Made by a program: the position numbers and the translations under genes
Notes under the pieces: generated by a model
Database searches by the model: none
What the model was told of the DNA's origin: nothing
The model's input: only the letters and a program-made list of their open reading frames with translations
Shown: positions 10,914-18,952 of the stretch, in pieces
How positions within the stretch are numbered: the first letter of the stretch is position 1
How the letters are laid out: each line of letters opens with the position of its first letter
DNA from: a virus
Lineage: Duplodnaviria; Caudoviricetes
IMG/VR virus record: IMGVR_UViG_3300023107_000008
Span: 1 to 36,026 of that record
Length of the DNA: 36,026 bases
Strand: one strand, 5' to 3'

Positions 10914-11120
10914 TTACTCATCTTCTTCTAACTCCTTAGTAACGTAATCGACCATATCAGTGAAGTGATCGTTATCTTTTAATGCTTCAAGTACCTCTTG
11001 TACTGGGAACTCTGCTAGTAGTTGATTGATACTGATATCATCTAGGGTAACTGATATACCTCCCCATATTGATGATGTGGTTGCTTTTGCTGCTTCTACG
11101 TTGATTGATTTTGTAATCAT
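10914..11120 (-). CDS. Hypothetical protein
   Basis: First gene after promoter 11152-11180; AAGGAAAGG RBS. Confidence 0.75.
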   Translation of the reverse strand: MITKSINVEAAKATTSSIWGGISVTLDDISINQLLAEFPVQEVLEALKDNDHFTDMVDYVTKELEEDE

Positions 11121-11151
11121 TGATTCGCCTTTCCTTGCTTATCTGTACTCT

Positions 11152-11180
11152 ATATTACTACAGTTTAGTTAATATTGCAA
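11152..11180 (-). promoter_or_regulatory. Early sigma70-type promoter TTGCAA-17-TAATAT with AAACTGTAG spacer motif
   Basis: Consensus spacing; spacer motif shared with four other promoters. Confidence 0.8.
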
Positions 11181-11210
11181 TAAAAATAAGCACTATTTTT
11201 TAGTGCTTAT
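11181..11210 (-). terminator. Intrinsic terminator
   Basis: ATAAGCACTA/TAGTGCTTAT 10-bp stem followed by T-run on minus strand. Confidence 0.75.
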
Positions 11211-11325
11211 GATCGTATAAACTTTCGCCAGAGTTCTTGTCTATTAGTCCATACTCTGTGCCTAATACTGAATATAGACCAGTCTAAAGTAAATTCTTCT
11301 AGCAGGTTAGTTGGATCTAGGTTAC

Positions 11326-11481
11326 TCATGAGTATACCTTTATGACGTATACAGTGCCATTGTCCCACTTAATAAAGTCAAATTCATTGAGTAGTCCTGA
11401 CCTTATTTCGTTGCTGAATATGTCTTCTTTAGTTACTTTAGTCCAGATAGTGACGGGTATTTTCTTTGGTTTAGTTTTCAT
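11326..11481 (-). CDS. Small hypothetical protein, 51 aa (not in ORF track)
   Basis: MKTKPKKIPVTIW...VIKVYS. Confidence 0.5.
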   Translation of the reverse strand: MKTKPKKIPVTIWTKVTKEDIFSNEIRSGLLNEFDFIKWDNGTVYVIKVYS

Positions 11482-11509
11482 GGGGTTTCTTTCTATTGGT
11501 TAGTTAGAG

Positions 11510-11749
11510 TTAGTCTACAATTACTTTCGTGACACCCATAAGAGTCCACGAGCCGTCACTATTATTAACGTACTTACCAGTACTATCTATTCGCTGGCCA
11601 CTTCCGTATTCTTTCTCAGCTTTTTTAATTGCAGCTTTTTCAGTCTTAGCTTTAATAATATAATCTCTCTCATCTTTTCTATATGGCATAGGCATTGGGT
11701 CATCTTTAACCCAGTAATGTTTATACGCGTAAATGTGATATGTATTCAT
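11510..11749 (-). CDS. Hypothetical protein
   Basis: AAGGGAG RBS. Confidence 0.7.
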   Translation of the reverse strand: MNTYHIYAYKHYWVKDDPMPMPYRKDERDYIIKAKTEKAAIKKAEKEYGSGQRIDSTGKYVNNSDGSWTLMGVTKVIVD

Positions 11750-11776
11750 ACTACTCCCTTATATTTCATTTATGTT

Positions 11777-11978
11777 ACTTAATAGACAGACAGGGTGCTA
11801 GGGGTGATTATTTTGTTATAAAGTACAGTTTATGAACTGCAAAATGATAGTGGAAGCCACGGGCATAATCACCGTTCCCCCCTTACTTAGCCATTTATAA
11901 CTACTTACTCCTAGCGTGAACTATATAAGGCACAATTGTTTCGCCGCCGCCTTACACAGCCCTGACTACCTATTAAGT
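11777..11978 (-). ncRNA. Candidate structured RNA (about 200 nt)
   Basis: Closing stem ACTTAATAGGTAG-T-CAGGG / CCCTG-T-CTGTCTATTAAGT with G-U pairs on minus strand, plus inner stems. Confidence 0.6.
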
Positions 11979-11988
11979 CTATTGGTGT

Positions 11989-12096
11989 AATCAAGAGTCG
12001 TTGTGAGGGAGGTTTGTAATGGGGCGGGGCTATTAGCTCCAATCGACAAACTCGACATTTCACCACCAACTCCCTCACAACGACTCTCAATTGATT
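11989..12096 (-). ncRNA. Candidate structured RNA closed by perfect 18-bp stem
   Basis: AGAGTCGTTGTGAGGGAG (11994-12011) / CTCCCTCACAACGACTCT (12070-12087). Confidence 0.6.
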
Positions 12097-12115
12097 TCAA
12101 GGTGCTGGTTCTATT

Positions 12116-12358
12116 TTACTTCAATTCGTCACTAATGAGTTCATTTAGCTCTAGAACTGTTGTGTCTCCTAAAAAACTCTTTTGTCCTTTTTGCAATGGG
12201 GGTAGTTGTACACCTTTGTTTCGTAGAGCAATATTTAGATTAGTTACATCAATATACTCTAATCCTGTCTCGTCTGCTACGTACTGCTTACCTAGTTTAT
12301 TCTTACTTGCAAAAACCCATGTCATTACAAATTCTTTCACGTCTACATCTTTATACAT
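12116..12358 (-). CDS. Small hypothetical protein, possible HTH
   Basis: AGGAG RBS; YVADETGL...LRNKGVQLPPL. Confidence 0.6.
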   Translation of the reverse strand: MYKDVDVKEFVMTWVFASKNKLGKQYVADETGLEYIDVTNLNIALRNKGVQLPPLQKGQKSFLGDTTVLELNELISDELK

Positions 12359-12367
12359 ATTTTCTCC

Positions 12368-12963
12368 TTATAAGTATTTATTATATGCTCCTGAATTATA
12401 ACTGCTCCATGCTCTAAAGCCAGACCCGTTATAAATAGCATACGCAGCTCGCATGTTTTCTTGTGGGTTGAAGCGTTCTTGGTCTCCAATCAGTCCACTT
12501 TGAACATGGATACTATTTATTTGCATTAGTCCTGCATCATTAGTTCCGTTACTATTGCTAGGGTTAAATGCTTGAGGGTTTCCATGTGACTCTGCCATAC
12601 ATATAGCGTAGGCTGTCTTTGTGTCCCATTGGTAATCATTAACCGCCGAACAATCGCTTGGTGGTTGTACTGGTACAGGTTCTTGTTTTATAGGTGCAAC
12701 TGTTTCCTTTATGGGAGAAGCTACAGTTATTACTTCTCGACTGTTTTTGATGCTACCTGCATATCAGATACAACAGCTTGTCGTGCTTCTGAATGTACGT
12801 TGATGGTAGCGAAATAGCCACCGATAAGACCTATTACTAGTGATACAAGCCCTGTAAGGAGTAAATCCCGTACATAACTTCCTAATGCTATTGTCTTTGG
12901 TGCTTTGTGCTCTGTTTTTGATGCCTTCATGATCTTATGATCTCCTTTGTTTGCTTGGCTCAA
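12368..12963 (-). CDS. Membrane-anchored lytic transglycosylase (SLT/lysozyme-like) produced by predicted -1 frameshift; unshifted product is the short TM protein 12730-12963
   Basis: AES.GNP.A, D.GLMQIN, AWSSY motifs; the domain begins upstream of the annotated Met in a frame with no canonical start; A_AAA plus pseudoknot at junction. Confidence 0.75.
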
Positions 12964-13151
12964 GTGCTATAGCTATACGTTAGTTCCATGTTACTCTCTC
13001 TTAAGGTTGCGAGCTGGCTATGTCTTTATAGCTACGGAACTTGAGCCAAATTGTTTATATTGTTTGATCCAATCAGATTGCCTTGTAGTTATCTGGCGTT
13101 GGTCTCTATTCATCCAACTGGTTGGTGAGCCTTTCCTTTGCTCATGTATCT

Positions 13152-13180
13152 ATAGTACTACAGCTTACTTATTAAGTCAA
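13152..13180 (-). promoter_or_regulatory. Early sigma70-type promoter TTGACT-17-TACTAT with TAAGCTGTAG spacer
   Basis: Near-consensus, repeated motif. Confidence 0.85.
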
Positions 13181-13785
13181 TACCTTTTAAGTATTTCATC
13201 TACTTTAGCCTTATAAGATGCAATCATATCCTGTAGCTGAACTGAACTTATTTTAGTTCCAGAGGTACTTAATCTCTCTAATTCATCAACAGCTTCACGC
13301 CCGTGGGTATCAATCATGTACTTTGTATAAGGTATATAATTGCCTTTTAAGAAGACATTGCATCTCATACACTGCACGTTACAGTTCATTTCGTTCCATC
13401 TGGTAGCTTGACGACCTCTCGTGTAGAAGTGGCCATTTTGTTGATCTTGCCAACGTCGTACATCATTACAGGTTACACATGTTGCCATTAAGTCATTTTC
13501 GTAGAGCACAGCATGCCTTAATCGTATATACCACGAGAATATACTGTCCAGATCTTTAACTAGCTTTGAACGGCTCATAGGCTTTTTCTTTTTAATGACT
13601 TTACTTTTAGCTGATTTTAAAGCTTTGTCTATTTGTTTATCAAGATAGCTCTTTTGACTTGCATTTAATTTCTCTAATGCGTCTTTATAAATATCCTTTT
13701 TAATAGGTTTCTTCGGCTTTAAAGGACAAAATGCAGCAGTATGGTAAATACTGCTGCATAGTTTGCACGGATTTGACTTAATCAT
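13177..13785 (-). CDS. ninG: NinG/Rap-family endonuclease
   Basis: FSWYIRLR, CVTC, NGHFYTRG, RWNEMNCNVQC.RCN. Confidence 0.85.
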   Translation of the reverse strand: MIKSNPCKLCSSIYHTAAFCPLKPKKPIKKDIYKDALEKLNASQKSYLDKQIDKALKSAKSKVIKKKKPMSRSKLVKDLDSIFSWYIRLRHAVLYENDLMATCVTCNDVRRWQDQQNGHFYTRGRQATRWNEMNCNVQCMRCNVFLKGNYIPYTKYMIDTHGREAVDELERLSTSGTKISSVQLQDMIASYKAKVDEILKRY

Positions 13786-14342
13786 AGTTCTTCTATGTAT
13801 TTATCTGCTAGCTTCCACTTAATACAATCTGAAGCTTGAACCCAAAAGTTATCATCTTTCATGTGTTCTTCAAGGTCTGGAACTTCAGCATACTTTTCAT
13901 AGTGTTTTAAAAGCTGCTTAGTCCACCTTTTCCATCTTGCTGAGTCTCGATCTATTTGCATAGGAGTATACTTCCTACCACCATCGAAACTACCATAATG
14001 TAAAAGGTGTTCTCCGTATTTACTTATATATCTATGTCCTGGAGTTCCTACAACTGCGAGTAATGAACCACAACTATAGGCATGACCTGTTACAATAGTT
14101 TTTACTGTAATACCTTCACGTTTTGCCTGTTCAAGTAATTCAACTAAGTGTACTAGAAGATAGCCATTACCGCCTGGACTATTTATATAGACCTCAAGTT
14201 CAGCATCTTTTCTATCTTTTAGTTCTTTTATTTTCTTAGTGATATACCAGACTAAACCATTTTCCATCTCTTCATCGAACTCGCCAATTATGTATATACG
14301 GTTATCGTCAGAGAATACTCGTTGACTTTCTTTGTTAGCCAT
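13782..14342 (-). CDS. clpP: ClpP-like serine protease subunit
   Basis: YINSPGG, AYSCGS (Ser), LLH (His), DDNFW. Confidence 0.85.
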   Translation of the reverse strand: MANKESQRVFSDDNRIYIIGEFDEEMENGLVWYITKKIKELKDRKDAELEVYINSPGGNGYLLVHLVELLEQAKREGITVKTIVTGHAYSCGSLLAVVGTPGHRYISKYGEHLLHYGSFDGGRKYTPMQIDRDSARWKRWTKQLLKHYEKYAEVPDLEEHMKDDNFWVQASDCIKWKLADKYIEEL

Positions 14343-14344
14343 AG

Positions 14345-14569
14345 CTATTTATTCTTTGTTCTTCGGCTTTTCATTCCGCCTTTTCTACCAGCGCACTGAC
14401 GTTTAACGTGATCACCTGCTATAACATTGCAGTCACAATAAACATCTGTAGCAAAACCGCCACTATGTCCGTTAGCACCACCTTTTGCACCAATCTTCGC
14501 GTAGAAGTTTGGGTCATTAGCTAAGTTTTTCTCTTTAGCTTTCAATCCACCGATACGAGTACCCGCCAT
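14345..14569 (-). CDS. KGG-motif small protein
   Basis: MAGTRIGGLKA...FYAKIGAKGG...GGFA...AGRKGGMKSRR. Confidence 0.8.
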   Translation of the reverse strand: MAGTRIGGLKAKEKNLANDPNFYAKIGAKGGANGHSGGFATDVYCDCNVIAGDHVKRQCAGRKGGMKSRRTKNK

Positions 14570-15282
14570 TACTTAGTTACCTTTTTAGTGTATTTACGTT
14601 TTTTAACTGGTGTTGCTACTTTTTTAGGACGACCAACTGTTTTTTTAGTTGATTTCTTAAAAGTTTCAAAAGAGTTTAGCTCTTCTTTTGTCATGTATTC
14701 AGGACTAACTTTGAATACTTCGACAAATCCTTTACCCTCTTCTACGAGACTTCGATCATAGATACGCTGTGTGTTGCGGGGATCTTTGTTATCTGACTCA
14801 TTGAGTAAGATATATTCTTGATCTCCATCATCACAGGCTTCTTGCCATAGGGCGTTCTTTTTTACTGTTACTGACTCTGTTAGTTGTTTGAATGTTCGTC
14901 GTTGATATGTCATTTCTTCTCCTTTGTTTACTAGTTCAATATTACTATATTCAATAGCACACCAATTTACACCGTTACCTTCAACTGTTATAGGCCATTT
15001 TCCACCTTTATCAATCTCTATTATAAAAGTTTCCGAGCCTATGGGCGCAATATAGCTTCGTGCAGCACCATTGTTGTTAACGATTCTTACTCGGTCACCT
15101 ACTTTAAATTTGCTCATTTGCTTCTCCTTTACTTTATATTCAAATGGATTAATTGTTATATCGGGAAGTTCAATTTTTACATCTTCTGCGGTTATTCTAT
15201 AACTACCAGACATATCCATCGTATAGTTTATTACAGAGAGTAATTTACCTCTATATCTTACTTCTATGTCATTAAGAGTCAT
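14569..15282 (-). CDS. Multi-module hypothetical protein with in-frame RBS-preceded starts at 15282, 15117 and 14913
   Basis: FKVGDRVRI KOW/SH3-like module; basic tail with GRPKK. Confidence 0.6.
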   Translation of the reverse strand: MTLNDIEVRYRGKLLSVINYTMDMSGSYRITAEDVKIELPDITINPFEYKVKEKQMSKFKVGDRVRIVNNNGAARSYIAPIGSETFIIEIDKGGKWPITVEGNGVNWCAIEYSNIELVNKGEEMTYQRRTFKQLTESVTVKKNALWQEACDDGDQEYILLNESDNKDPRNTQRIYDRSLVEEGKGFVEVFKVSPEYMTKEELNSFETFKKSTKKTVGRPKKVATPVKKRKYTKKVTK

Positions 15283-15283
15283 A

Positions 15284-15589
15284 TCATCCTTTCCTAAAAA
15301 CCATAATAGGCTGACCGTAACTATCACGTTCTTCAACGTATCTGCCATAACGAGCATTATCTATTGTTTCACTTGCTGGATATTTAACTTTAAGTTCCCT
15401 CCTTGCTCTTGTTATAGATTCCGCTGGAGTTGCTCGCATAAATGTAGCCCGTTGCTCGGGAGATAGTCTTAGCCCGTCGAATCGTTCCCAGTATTCCATG
15501 AGTAGACGTTTATCACTGTCTCGAAACTTTTGATCGTCCTTTAGTATCTTCTCTACTTTAGGTTCTACCTTTTTGCTTCGCATCGCCAA
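15284..15589 (-). CDS. Hypothetical phage protein, possibly DNA-binding
   Basis: RDSDKRLL..YW and ESITRARR motifs; AAGGAAAGG RBS. Confidence 0.7.
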   Translation of the reverse strand: MAMRSKKVEPKVEKILKDDQKFRDSDKRLLMEYWERFDGLRLSPEQRATFMRATPAESITRARRELKVKYPASETIDNARYGRYVEERDSYGQPIMVFRKG

Positions 15590-15611
15590 CCTTTCCTTTG
15601 TTTGCCTCTTT

Positions 15612-15640
15612 ATAATACTACAGCTTACTAATTAAGTCAA
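15612..15640 (-). promoter_or_regulatory. Early sigma70-type promoter TTGACT-17-TATTAT with TAAGCTGTAG spacer
   Basis: Near-identical to 13152-13180. Confidence 0.85.
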
Positions 15641-15889
15641 TGATAATCTAGGAGCGTTCTCTTCCATTTTCTTAGCTAGTTTTCGTGCAGCTGCACGACG
15701 TTTCTTTTCTTCTTTATTCCATTCGTTATATTGAAGGGTAATCATATCAAGATGGATTGAAACAAACTGTCTAGTATCTCTTTTGATAAAGTGCATTTGT
15801 GTAGGTGGAATAGATAGTTGTGGTATGAGGTTATTTTCTTCGCAATACCAACTAATGGCTTTTAAATCACTACTCTTCAGTTTCGTCAT
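15632..15889 (-). CDS. Hypothetical protein
   Basis: AAGGA RBS, in operon. Confidence 0.65.
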   Translation of the reverse strand: MTKLKSSDLKAISWYCEENNLIPQLSIPPTQMHFIKRDTRQFVSIHLDMITLQYNEWNKEEKKRRAAARKLAKKMEENAPRLSLT

Positions 15890-16022
15890 ACCAGTCCTTA
15901 TATTTAACAGTTGCTTTATATATTTCCATTGTTGAAGTTTTATAGGCTATTGCAAGATCAGGTATTGTATAATCCTCGTTGTGAAATAACCACGATGCTT
16001 GCATTTTCTCTATATCAGTCAT
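15870..16022 (-). CDS. 50-aa HTH-like protein (not in ORF track)
   Basis: TAATG overlap with SSB stop; YTIPDLAIAYKTSTMEIYKA resembles an HTH. Confidence 0.55.
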   Translation of the reverse strand: MTDIEKMQASWLFHNEDYTIPDLAIAYKTSTMEIYKATVKYKDWYDETEE

Positions 16023-16339
16023 TAGAAAGGAATACTGCTTAAATCAATAGGCTTGTCATCAATGTCATCATGAGTTGGAACAAAGTCTCCTGACTTCTCT
16101 AAAACTTCATTTTGAGTAATAGGCTGCTGTGAGGATTCTTCTCGCTTATATACTGATAGCCAGCCATTAAACTCTCCTACGGGTACTGTATCAAGCTTAA
16201 CACTCATATGTGATCCATGAGGAGTGCTAAACAGTGTTCCTACTGTGACCCATACACCTTTTTCTTTACCCGTTTCTTTGTCTTTATATGTACGAGCCTT
16301 ATATTTTAAGTCTGCGTATGGTAATAATTTGTCGTTCAT
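16022..16339 (-). CDS. Single-stranded DNA-binding protein-like
   Basis: Acidic tail ending DLSSIPF; follows exonuclease/annealase. Confidence 0.75.
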   Translation of the reverse strand: MNDKLLPYADLKYKARTYKDKETGKEKGVWVTVGTLFSTPHGSHMSVKLDTVPVGEFNGWLSVYKREESSQQPITQNEVLEKSGDFVPTHDDIDDKPIDLSSIPF

Positions 16340-17115
16340 TAAAATGCTAACCTTTCACTTAATTCTTTTACTTGCATAAGTATAGCGTCCTCAAATGCCT
16401 TTAGTTCTTTTATGTCTTCCTCTACATCTTCACGCTTAATATCGAACTGTAGATAAGATAAAGACGGCATAACATCGGTATACATGACAAAATGTAATAT
16501 TTCTAATTTCTCATTATTCATGAAGTACTTAACTACTTGTTCATGACACTCTTCTGGATAATGGTTCTCATCATATGCTCTAATTATTCTATGAGAATCA
16601 AATGCTTTAACTTCAACGGCTCTTTTAACTCCAATAGATGCGTCAGGACTAATAATACTGTCGGTATTGTCGTCACGCACCCACACCACGCACTCTTCGG
16701 GAGTACCATCTACTTTTACATTGTTTCTTATCTCAAACTCAGCAATAGCTTCTACCTCTAGTATATGGCCTCGTGCCATCATAGTGAACTTTTGGCCATT
16801 GAGTCGGTCTTCATAATCATTAGGGGTAATAGGTCGAGCAATACGTTCAGCTACAAGTTTATAGTAACCATCCTTTTTATCACCTTGAGCTTTTATAAAT
16901 CCAATATCTTCAGCAGTAAGCATTTCTACCACTTCGCCAGCTTTAAGTTTTTTATCTACTTCAATACCTTTTGCTTCAAGAAATTCTTTCGCTACTTCAC
17001 GGGTAATGGTTCGAGATGGATACAAGGCACTTAGACCACTTCCACCAGATTTACCTTTTTTAAATTCTCGCCACTCTTCACTATTCTTTAGAAAATTAAT
17101 TACTTGCATCTTCAA
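16339..17115 (-). CDS. YqaJ/lambda-exonuclease-like nuclease
   Basis: SEEW...K.GGS, MARGHILE, SPDA, VEVK, EQV motifs. Confidence 0.85.
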   Translation of the reverse strand: MKMQVINFLKNSEEWREFKKGKSGGSGLSALYPSRTITREVAKEFLEAKGIEVDKKLKAGEVVEMLTAEDIGFIKAQGDKKDGYYKLVAERIARPITPNDYEDRLNGQKFTMMARGHILEVEAIAEFEIRNNVKVDGTPEECVVWVRDDNTDSIISPDASIGVKRAVEVKAFDSHRIIRAYDENHYPEECHEQVVKYFMNNEKLEILHFVMYTDVMPSLSYLQFDIKREDVEEDIKELKAFEDAILMQVKELSERLAF

Positions 17116-17755
17116 TCTCTTTCTTCTTTTTATCTTTAGCTTCTATTACTTCCTCGTTAGCCATTAGATTTCCAAGGCTGGTAAATATCTGTCTCAAAGC
17201 CTCGGTATTCTTAGCATCGTTAATTTGGATAATAGCATTTTTAATTCTTTCAACTTTTTTAGGATCGTCCATATACATAGGACTAAATTCTAGTGTATCC
17301 TTGCGGTTTATATTTCCTCCGAATATATCACCAATACGATCAGCTGCATCTTTAATTGCAAATGATACCGCAGCTGGGAGTCCTTTAGGAATAGCATCAC
17401 TCTTAATCCATTGTAATTCAGATGCGTTTTTACCTTTATCTGTCTGAATAGGTACAGCACCCGTGCCATCTTGATACGTCCATCCCTCAATAGGATGCTT
17501 ATAGTGTAGACGCACCGTGACATATATAGAATTTAAAAGTTGTCCCTCTCTCAATATTTCAACTTTATAGTTTTGAAAGATTCTTTTCAGTAATAGTTCT
17601 ACTTTATCAATAGGTAGATAGTTTACGTTACTTGCTAGTGGATGTGGCTTTATCCATCCATCTGGGGGTGATTGATTTATAAAAGCAAGAAACTCATCAT
17701 TCTTTTTAAACTCAATGAGCTTTTCGCTTTCAATTAGTTTTATTAGTTCTGACAT
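17096..17755 (-). CDS. Rad52/Sak-like single-strand annealing protein
   Basis: YLPIDKVE.LL..IF, VTVRL, DGTG, A.S.AIKDAA..IG..FG. Confidence 0.75.
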   Translation of the reverse strand: MSELIKLIESEKLIEFKKNDEFLAFINQSPPDGWIKPHPLASNVNYLPIDKVELLLKRIFQNYKVEILREGQLLNSIYVTVRLHYKHPIEGWTYQDGTGAVPIQTDKGKNASELQWIKSDAIPKGLPAAVSFAIKDAADRIGDIFGGNINRKDTLEFSPMYMDDPKKVERIKNAIIQINDAKNTEALRQIFTSLGNLMANEEVIEAKDKKKKEIEDASN

Positions 17756-17781
17756 TATAACCTTTCCTTTGTTATGTTTAT

Positions 17782-17810
17782 ATATTACTACAGCTTAAAA
17801 TTTTAGTCAA
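17782..17810 (-). promoter_or_regulatory. Main leftward early promoter TTGACT-17-TAATAT with TAAGCTGTAG spacer
   Basis: Near-consensus; heads early operon; AAGGAAAGG RBS follows. Confidence 0.85.
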
Positions 17811-17918
17811 TACATTCTATAACACTTATCTGCATTTTTACTAATTATGGTATGAAATTTTGGACTTGTCAAATAAAAAACAGTTTGCAAAGCGAAAAAA
17901 ATAATGTATATTAGGGAT

Positions 17919-18058
17919 AAGGACTTACGATTTTCTACCAAAAATTGTAGGTTCTGACCAAAACACCCATATATAGGGCTTGCAATGTTGCGATCTACAC
18001 TATAAAATATAAATAGGTAGAAAATCGTAACCAAAGCCGCCCTAGTAGGCGGTTTTTT
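17919..18058 (+). ncRNA. Structured RNA A (closing stem, A-rich bubble, branched top, terminator)
   Basis: Upstream TTGCAA-16-TATATT; perfect 15-bp stem 17925-17939/18016-18030; inner stem TGTAGGT/ATCTACA. Confidence 0.7.
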
Positions 18059-18076
18059 GGTGGGTGAAATGTGTAT
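18026..18076 (+). repeat. 51-bp direct repeat, copy 1, containing intrinsic terminator
   Basis: CGTAACCAAAGCCGCCCTAGTAGGCGGTTTTTTGGTGGGTGAAATGTGTAT identical to 19144-19194. Confidence 0.95.
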
Positions 18077-18150
18077 GACTGGCCAGTCTTCAAGCGGAAC
18101 ACGAGGGGTTCGCATCTATTAACTTTGCTCAAGGGGGACTATTAAAGGCC

Positions 18151-18426
18151 ATGTTTAAAGGAAACAATGACAATGTTATTTCAAAGGTTGAAATAAACAA
18201 TGTCAATGACAATGTAAGTAGTAAGAATAAGAAAACAGAGAATCAAGTAAATGCTATAGCAGACCGTATAAGAGCCAAATTAAATGGAGACGACACTAAC
18301 ATGGGATTCTACTATACGGTGGGCTGGAGGCTCTCAGAAAGCGTCATAAACGATAATTTAGAGAAGGCTATGAAGGGTAATAACCCACAACGCTATTTTA
18401 CATGGCTTTGTAAACGATATATGTAA
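18151..18426 (+). CDS. Small putative replication initiator/helicase-loader-like protein
   Basis: C-terminal helical domain ending NPQRYFTWL, reminiscent of DnaD/replisome-organiser C-termini; iteron-like repeats in its 5' part. Confidence 0.45.
   Translation: MFKGNNDNVISKVEINNVNDNVSSKNKKTENQVNAIADRIRAKLNGDDTNMGFYYTVGWRLSESVINDNLEKAMKGNNPQRYFTWLCKRYM
18164..18214. repeat. Iteron-like array, putative origin
   Basis: Five (A/T)CAATG hexamers (2+3) around palindrome TTATTTCAA-AGG-TTGAAATAA. Confidence 0.55.
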
Positions 18427-18455
18427 TGATACAATCTTTCGTTAAGGAGAAATAA

Positions 18456-18887
18456 ATGCAATCAACTAAAAATAATAAGAGAAAGAAACTACTGATAGTA
18501 CTGAGCTATTTTGTAGTCTTCGGGTTTGGGATAATAGCAGGGACGGGTAATCAGAATAGTGTGTCATCGACAACATCTTCTTCAGACGTTGCTCCTGCAG
18601 CAGAGGTAAAACAGGAGCCAATTAATGTTGCTCTCTCAGGCAGCTCTAATACGGCCACAGAACCGTTTAAATTGCGAGCTGGATTAGCTACCTTTAAGAT
18701 GCACTACGGCGGTAATTCCAACTTTATTGTCAGGCTGCTCGATACGAAGGGTAATGACATAGAAGGACTCGTTAATGAGATTGGGTCATTCGATGGATCT
18801 AAGGCCGTACAAATACCCCGTGAAGGCGAGTACGTGCTTAATTTGGAGCATGCAATGGGTGATTGGACTGTTAATATAACCCAATAA
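18456..18887 (+). CDS. Membrane-anchored/secreted beta-sandwich protein
   Basis: Basic N-term plus TM helix, Ser/Thr linker; TGATACAAT extended -10 at 18427-18435; AAGGAG RBS. Confidence 0.75.
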   Translation: MQSTKNNKRKKLLIVLSYFVVFGFGIIAGTGNQNSVSSTTSSSDVAPAAEVKQEPINVALSGSSNTATEPFKLRAGLATFKMHYGGNSNFIVRLLDTKGNDIEGLVNEIGSFDGSKAVQIPREGEYVLNLEHAMGDWTVNITQ

Positions 18888-18918
18888 TAATTTCTTGTGT
18901 CGCCCAACATACATTTTC

Positions 18919-18952
18919 AGTCCCACCTTATCAGAGGTGGGACTTTGTTTTT
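18919..18952 (+). terminator. Intrinsic terminator
   Basis: AGTCCCACCT/AGGTGGGACT stem then TTGTTTTT. Confidence 0.85.

Noticed and set aside
12018-12030. CCCCGCCCCA complementarity to TGGAGGCGGGG of the 34.3-kb RNA
   Set aside because: Low-complexity G/C run needing a bulge; not distinguishable from chance
11777-12096. tRNA genes in non-coding gaps
   Set aside because: No cloverleaf with T-loop GTTCRA and acceptor stem here or in other gaps
17807-18115. 102-aa minus-strand ORF
   Set aside because: Overlaps promoters, RNA A and the terminator; no protein-like features
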